Of a stretch of 64,000 nucleotides of DNA, positions 57,001 to 64,000 are shown piece after piece. Origin of the DNA: Tricharina praecox (Eukaryota). The stretch is from positions 434,001 through 498,000 of the forward strand of contig NW_026250410.1 in the NCBI RefSeq assembly GCF_024521635.1, written 5' to 3'. Position 1 is the stretch's first letter. Each line of letters opens with the position of its first letter. The notes below the pieces were generated by a model. It saw only the letters and a program-made list of their open reading frames with translations, was not told where the DNA came from and ran no database searches. The position numbers and the translations under genes are program-made.

Positions 57001-58665
57001 GCGATCGTTACGATCAAACGACTAGCCAGTGAACGACGGCATAATGCAATGCTTGGGGGAACCGGCACGACCAGAAGTTCTCGGGGCAGTCAAGACACGG
57101 GGGTGAGCTCACGATCATGCAACCATCCGCGAGGAGTATCACGAGCACCGATGAGGATGGAAAGGGGGGCTGTTACGAATTCACAGATGACTGGTTAGCT
57201 ATTTCTGCTCTGATCACTATTTCCAATTGACCAAATTTCGGCTGTTATGGAAAGAAGGGGCTAATTTCTGCCACACAGCTGCCTCGCGAGTGCCCTGCAT
57301 AAGTGTGACTTCGATCCCATCGTTGCCGGCTTATCTGCCTGCTCGGTCCGGCACTTTCGCCTCGGAGACGGACAGATACTCGTTGGGTTACATCTCAAGT
57401 CATGCGTGGGAATATCAGTGGCCCACCGGCGGATAGCCACCTCCAGCTAGTTGTGTCTGGCGAGCTGGTGCCTTCTGTTCATTTCATGATACCCCCTCTT
57501 TTCGGGTCCCGCGATCCGTGTCCTGCTCTGCGGGGTTGTTGCGCGCACAAGTCGCAATACCTAGGTGCCTTGGTTCAATCCACGGAGAAACCGTTTTGAC
57601 GGCAATCATCAATCTCCTCACCGTTATCTACAACTCCGCTTACCTACCGAGTTGCGTGCACTCGAAATCGGCTCACGCTGGGTGGTGGTGGTTATCAAGG
57701 TCCGTGAGCACTGGTGCCGGCATTCCATATACTCTACATACATAAGTAGAGCGACGATCTTGTGAGATACTCCGCTTCTTATCTGGACCTGTTTCAGCGT
57801 ACGGGAGAAGCGCATCATGTTGGATTTTCTATTGGATATTATGTGCTATCCCCCACTAGTGACGTCTTCTGTTCTGGCTCGTCCTTGAGACGGACCCAAT
57901 AGGATCAATGAAGCGGGAAGCGTCGGACCGTTGCAAGCCTGGAGCAGCAGTGGGGGCTGGAAATACTGGGTTTTCGAGCCCACTGGTTCCTTAGATCTCA
58001 AGAGTGGTAGAGTGTATGCGTGTTGATCCAGCCATGCCTTTCCACCAGCACAAGCCAAGTCTCTTCTCCACCTTGACGACAGGCACGATGTGCCGTTCCA
58101 GGGGTTCATCGAACCGAGTCAGAAGACTGTCACTCAGCTAAGCGCTCCAGTCCTTGCGGTGGTGTCGCCTGCGAAGCCGTGGCCCGGATTCCCCCCACTG
58201 CCAGCGGACCGCTACCAGGTCTACTAGTAATACTATTAGAGCTTTCCTACATTTTTTGAGACATAATTGTCTCGAAAGAAATGTACCGGTAACTGGGCCG
58301 CAAGGCTATCTTGCCTTGAAGGTTGACGTTTTTTGATTTCGGGGACAGTTGTAATACCGACGTTGGCCGCAACAGATATCGTTTAGGTCTCTGAATTTAT
58401 ACTTGCTCTGCCTATATGAATTGGTACAATAATACCCGTCATCTGTCGGGAGTTGTCGTACACGTCCTGCCCCTCTTTTCGATCACCCCTAACCGCGTGC
58501 ACAACTCATCAGCCGCAACCCCACTAAAAATGTCCCGCTTCCCTGCTCGGCCGTACACTGACGCTACTGTTTCGATACCCCTCCACGACCACCACCACCA
58601 CCACCACCACCACCACCACCCGCGACACAACCACCCCAACCCGCGCCTACCTCCCCACCTACCCC

Positions 58666-59253
58666 ATGTCGGCCTACACGCAGCTCCCCAAGCTAGTCCG
58701 CGTCCCTCCCGAGCGTCTGCGCAGCATCCTCCTTTCTCAGCCGACGGAAGAGAAGCTCGCCGTGATCGACGTGCGGGACTCCGACCACATCGGCGGGCAC
58801 ATCAAGTCGTCACGGCACGTGCCCTCCGGCACGCTGAACTACACGGCACCCGAGCTCGTACGCACGCTGCAAGGCGCCGAGAAAGTCGTTTTCCACTGCG
58901 CGCTGTCGCAGGAGCGCGGGCCGAGCGCTGCGATAAAGTATATCCGCGAGCGGGAAAGGTTGATGGGCCCCGAGTCGGTCGCCAAGGAGGCGCTATGGAT
59001 CGATGATGGCGAGCCCGCAGAGAGGGATGGTAAAGGCGCTGTGCTGAGGCAGCAGGTCTACGTACTCGATGGCGGGTTCGTTAGGTGGCAGCAGGAATAT
59101 GTGCGTGACTATCTCTGGTTCCTTTCTTGGTTTTGATTGCCTGCTGCGGCGGCAGCGACAGCGAAAGCAACAGAGACTAACGCCACACCCTAGGGAACTG
59201 ACGAGCGGTTGACGGAGAATTATAACAAGCAGCTCTGGGAACAGGGCTTTTAG
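58666..59253 (+). CDS. Cdc25-like rhodanese-fold phosphatase / arsenate reductase (Ibp1/Ych1/Acr2 family); 2 exons
   Basis: AVIDVRDSDHIGGHIK, active site VFHCALSQERGPSAA (HCX5R), VYVLDGGFVRWQ. Intron 59101-59193; last exon GTDERLTENYNKQLWEQGF*. Confidence 0.93.
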
Positions 59254-61795
59254 ACTAGGCAGGCTAGAATTGGCCAAAACATGCAGAGCAGAGCGGGTGA
59301 TTCAAGAGGGGGATACTATAGATTCATAAATACCCACGGTTAGATTTGATGATGACGATGATGATGATTCGGAGAAAGAAAAGAAACAAACAAACAACCC
59401 GTTGCCCACCCAAACCCGAGCACGCATACTGGATTCTACTCCTGCCGCTTTGCTATGTACACAATTCTGCATGTTGTGATCCAAGGGGATGGCGTCCGGA
59501 AATGGGGCCAATCAGATGCAAGTTGGCGAGAGAAACTGTAATGTTGCACTCGAGTGATGTTTTATGGAAGGGAGGCGGGGTGTTGGTTCAAGGTTGCCAA
59601 CCATCACGGTGGGAACTGTTCGCAATGACGATATTCGATTGAGACGGGGCGCGCAATTTCTACTGCATACCTCTACTTTACCGACGCAGGTGTTCGCACT
59701 CTCTCTCACACGGCGGTTGAATGCACACGGGAAAATCGATATGTATAGTAGATTATTCTATGGAAGCTGATAGGTACGCGCATTCCCGAACCCTAGCCCA
59801 GCGACTACACACGCATCGACGGGAAAGAGTTTCGATCAAAACACTTTTTTTTTTGCCTCCCCTTGCTCTCTCTTTTGCTCTTGCTCTACGCATGACGCAC
59901 ACACAACTCTCTCTCTCCCTCTCCCCATTCTCTCTGCTCTTGCTCTTTCCAGCGGCAACGCAAAGACTAGAAAGGAAGGGCACAAACATGAATGACCGTT
60001 TACCGCCGCCGCCACATCGACCAACAGAACAAAACAAAAAAAATTTGTCCAACTCGCCGCAAACGAAACGCGGAAAGGCAAAGGCAAAGACAAAGGCCGT
60101 GCGTCCACAGCTCAAGGCTGATAATCCTCTCTGCGGCAAGTCTTCCCTGATCTCGGCAGAGGAGTACCGTACCGGTATCGGTATCTACCGGTACCTACCT
60201 AGGCGAACACTGCACCACATTTCTGGCCACCACCAACACCACCACCACCAACAGTTTTTGATAGAACACACATTTTTTCACGGATGGCGCCCCCTTGATC
60301 GAGAATTGCTTCGATCGATCCCTCGCCTGGGATGTGAAGGAGGAGCAACAAAGGCAGAAAGTCCATCCCGCAGTGGAATGAAGGATCCGGACTGCCCTCC
60401 ACCGCTCCACCACCGGCGATTGAACCACGGGAGGCCAGCCGCCGGCGGCGAAAACAACTCCAAACGGACGGGGAGATTCTCCGAACCTTCTTGAAAGGGA
60501 AATTTATCCGCATGAAACGCCTCTGCCCCATCGTGGACGTTGTGTTGTGCCGCACTCGGACAGTTCGGCGCCCCAAATGGTTGGATAGATGGATGGATGG
60601 CCAGCTTCGACGTTGGTCGGTCGGTCGGTACCCGTCTTGGAGTGCAGGCGCCACAAATAAGGGGCGCCGGTTCCAGCTTCTGCAAAAGCAATCGGACCAG
60701 ATGGCAAGATTTGTGCCACCGGCCACCGGCCACCATGGATGACGATGCGGCGGAATCGAGCTGGGATGCGGTGGGGGGCTGGCAGCGAAACGTATGCCAC
60801 TGCGTTACATTACAGACGTAACATAGGAGAATCGTGGTGAATAATTCTGCCTAATCCAACCATCCCGATTTAGCATCGGTCTGGTCCCACCGCTGCTGTT
60901 CCAACCAGACCAACACCCTCCACTGTTATCAGGCCAGTAGAAGGACTGCAGACGGCGCTCTTAGTGTAGGAACATGGAGGAGGGTGGATTCTGCCATGGA
61001 GATCTTCTCCGCATACTGCAGAACTACTGGTCTTGGGGTCGGTTTTGCTGGGATTTGATGCTGTGCACTGCACTGCACTAGTCGTTGAAACCTGTCTCTC
61101 GTGGTCAATGCCTGCTGCTGAGAAGTCTGGTGAGTCGACAGCATATCCACGGCCGAATCACAACGCCAAATCGCACAGAATCCTTTCGAGCGGTTTCCAC
61201 CTACGGGAAAACTAGCGCATGATCTGGACGCCCCTGTCGAACAACTGTAGGGCCGTCTCGATGGTGTGTGGTAGCGATCCGAGAGCACCGACATGGACGT
61301 GACCTCTCCATGCGAGTGTGAATCCCCCCAGAGAAGACCATAGGTACAGAGTTGGCGAGTATTTCTCGTCTGACTCTGGCACCACCGGGCGAAGACAGGA
61401 ATCAGTGGTCCCCGAAGCTCGCGAGAAGCTCAGATCTCCGATCTCAAGGCGGGGGTGAAGCGTTTGCTGCTGGCTCGATTGCTCGTCCAGGCGAGGACGG
61501 GGGCGGAGGGTGAAGCTCCTGTTGCCAGCTTGTTCACCGTCATTTGTACACGTCTCCAGCCTGGCTGCAGAGATGAGGACTGCAGAGACGGCCTGATCTC
61601 CGACAGAGACTTTGCAACCCCTCCTTCCCCCTCGTGACGTGACCCTTGTCCCGTGAGGTCCAACACTAGTGGGCGGTGTTGGTCTGGTTCAACTGCCCGC
61701 ATGGTAACAGGTTGGGTGTGGAAGCGCTTGTTAGGCTGTGACGTTCCGATTTCGGAAGGAGCTGATTGCTGAACTGGCAGCTGTCAGAGAGCCTA

Positions 61796-61897
61796 TGGTG
61801 GTGGTGGTGGTCTTTGTGGTTGTCGTGGTTGTCGTGGTTGTCGTGGTCGTTGTCGTGGTGGTCGTCGTTCTGGTCGTGGTAGCGGTCGTGGTCGTGG
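61796..61897. repeat. Degenerate GTN trinucleotide repeat tract
   Basis: GTG/GTC/GTT run seen directly. Confidence 0.8.
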
Positions 61898-64000
61898 GGT
61901 GCATTGGGAGTGCCAACGTTGGACCTGCTAGCCAGCATCGAGATTTACTTCTGCTGATTAGGTGTAGCCAGTGTGATTCACCGCGCAGCCGTTTGCAGTC
62001 CGAAAGGGACTTGGCAGCGAGAAGCGATTGTGGGATGGTTTCCAGCCGCTGTTGGGCGACGGTATGTACATTGGCAAAGTGCAGTTATCGCTGTTGCTGC
62101 TGCTGCTGCTGTCCTAAGGCAGTGGATACATAACGACTGGATATGTGCTCAGCGGCAAGCGGGGGGCTATTCCGAGACGTTCAACTTCAGGCCGCACTAC
62201 ACCACATGTTCTTCCGGCCTCAGTGCAGATCTTCTGAACGTTTATTTTTTGGTCATAGCCTCTTCCGATCGACACCGATAGCCACAAAGGGAAGCGGGGG
62301 ACCTCGACCGTTGAGGTAATCAGCTAAGTGTCGTTGGACGGACTTGTCCGCAGGAACTGTGCTCACCGAAAAAGCCAGCAAGCCCGGAAGGCTCTCCGCA
62401 CGAAAGTCCTTCTTAACAGCCAATCCTCCAAATTTTGAGGTGGGGTTGGAGTAACCCCCTTCCCCCCCTCCCCCCGAAAAAACAGGCTATCAAGATTAGC
62501 ACACTCTTATTACCCTTCTCACGAATGATCACTCGGTACAGGACGGCCCTCCTAATTGGTCTCAAGGGGAAGCCTGTAGCTAAGCAAAATAGCATCCAAG
62601 GAGAAATTTCTAGGGGTGGCAACGGTTATCGTTTCGCATACATGATACGGAAGCAGCCCCAATGACAACGCCGATGAAACTACTATAGCTCGCCGAGCGC
62701 GTGAAGGAGACTCAGCCAGTCCGACGTCACCAAAAGCAAGTTCATTCGGAGATTTCTGATGATTCAATCGGACAACAAGTCAAGGAATACTACGAGCGCC
62801 TACTGCTACTTACTACATGCTAATTGGGAGCCTGATGATTAGGAATCCCCACGCTCTGAGTTGTTCAGTCGGTCGGACGGCCGGACGCTCCTATGTGTAC
62901 ATACTACATACTAGAGCGCCACCGGCTCAGTGACACTCCTCTGGTGAATCGAAGCTAAAATCCTATCCTACTATGTACTATACTTCCAGCTGACCATGAC
63001 CGCACGGCGGTGAGGCTGCAAGTCTCCATCCACAATAGATCCCGCAGAATCCACACGGTTCTGGCGGGACGATGATCGCATTGAATGTGGAGCCGCCGCG
63101 CCCCAGGAATTTCTAAGCTGCAACGCAGGCAGCCCGCCCGGCCCAGGCCATTCCAAGCTGCGACACAGGCGATTTCGAGGTGCGACAGAAGCAGCCCGCT
63201 CGCCCGCCCCCCAACTTCATCACCACGCCACAGCAATGCAGCCAGCCAGGCATGTGCTATCCGAAATTTCCTGGTTTTCTTCAACCATCCTTCGTGGACC
63301 CGGCGCCGTGGAGAGTGGATTATTTTTCGAAGAAGACGAGCATGCTGATCCCTCGCGAATTCGTTTAAAGCTGCATCAAGTTATAGTTACCTCCGCGCCC
63401 AGCCCTATTCCCTACCAACTACGCCGACGACGACGACAACAGGCGAGAATAGTGAAGACGGCGGATGCAGTTTTGCGGCACAGCATCACACCGGCTTCAG
63501 CCGATACGTGCACAGGCTCACCGAGCAGCACATGCGCCCTTGCTTTTTGTGTGTGGCGGATGTATGCACTGCATTGTCTCCATGACTGTATGTAGTGGAG
63601 TCGAGTCGAGTTGGCCACTGTATGTATGTACATACAGGCTCCGTATGTACATACGAATTTCTTTTGGAGGCCTATAGCGTCGAGTGATCTGGTCCGCCGA
63701 CGTACGTATGTATCCAGCATATATGTACTCTACTTATTTACCCTTTCTCGCGCATATCATGGACATGGACCCACGGAGTGCCGGAATAGGCATCGGAGGC
63801 GACGAAACGGGTGTGCCGACGCCTCCACTACAGTTGATCGTTCTAGAACACTATTCCATGCGGATTGCCGGAAAGCCACTCTCACGTCCGTCTCCCGCAT
63901 GGGACCATGGGTACTTGGGCACTTAGGAAGCAGTACAAAGTACCTGTTTTTCTTCTTTCTTTCTTTCTTTTTTTTATTTAGGTTTTCCTTGTCAGCCAGC

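Noticed and set aside
57510..57595. GGTTCAATCC T-arm-like motif (similar motif at ~38591)
   Set aside because: No acceptor stem, D-arm or anticodon arm can be built, so it is not a tRNA.
58416..59006. 196-aa ORF with a poly-His tract overlapping the phosphatase gene
   Set aside because: Out of frame with the conserved Ibp1/Ych1 CDS; the His run is a (CAC)n microsatellite in the leader.
61666..62133. His/Asp-rich, poly-Thr and poly-Val ORFs
   Set aside because: Alternative readings of one degenerate trinucleotide repeat; no recognisable domain.

Overview
Eukaryotic, intron-containing DNA from a filamentous ascomycete. The short GT-AG introns with CTRAC/CTRAY branch sites and the microsatellite-rich intergenic DNA suggest Pezizomycotina, possibly Pezizomycetes; this is inference. 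The left ~15 kb is an accessory, transposon-rich zone. It holds several non-autonomous hAT-type elements (one with an Ac-like TIR and a perfect 8-bp TSD), a decayed Tc1/mariner transposase, two LINE (Tad1-like) fragments and a hotdog thioesterase. It also holds a six-exon fungal NLR-like gene (TM / SesB-like alpha/beta hydrolase / NACHT / ankyrin) broken by one frameshift and one nonsense codon. The rest is sparse core-gene territory: a flavin-reductase-like protein, an Msb2/Hkr1 signalling mucin with two unusual repeat arrays and stop-free introns, a GH5 beta-1,6-glucanase, a TatD nuclease, a PNPOx-like FMN-binding protein, an AA9 LPMO-CBM1, FKBP12 and a Cdc25-like Ibp1/Ych1 phosphatase. Long gene-free tracts separate these genes and contain a Harbinger-type MITE and a ~55-copy heptamer array. 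I could not support any tRNA, rRNA or CRISPR. I found no unambiguous novel multi-gene system; the NLR allele in its transposon nest and the Msb2 splice/repeat architecture are the best leads.
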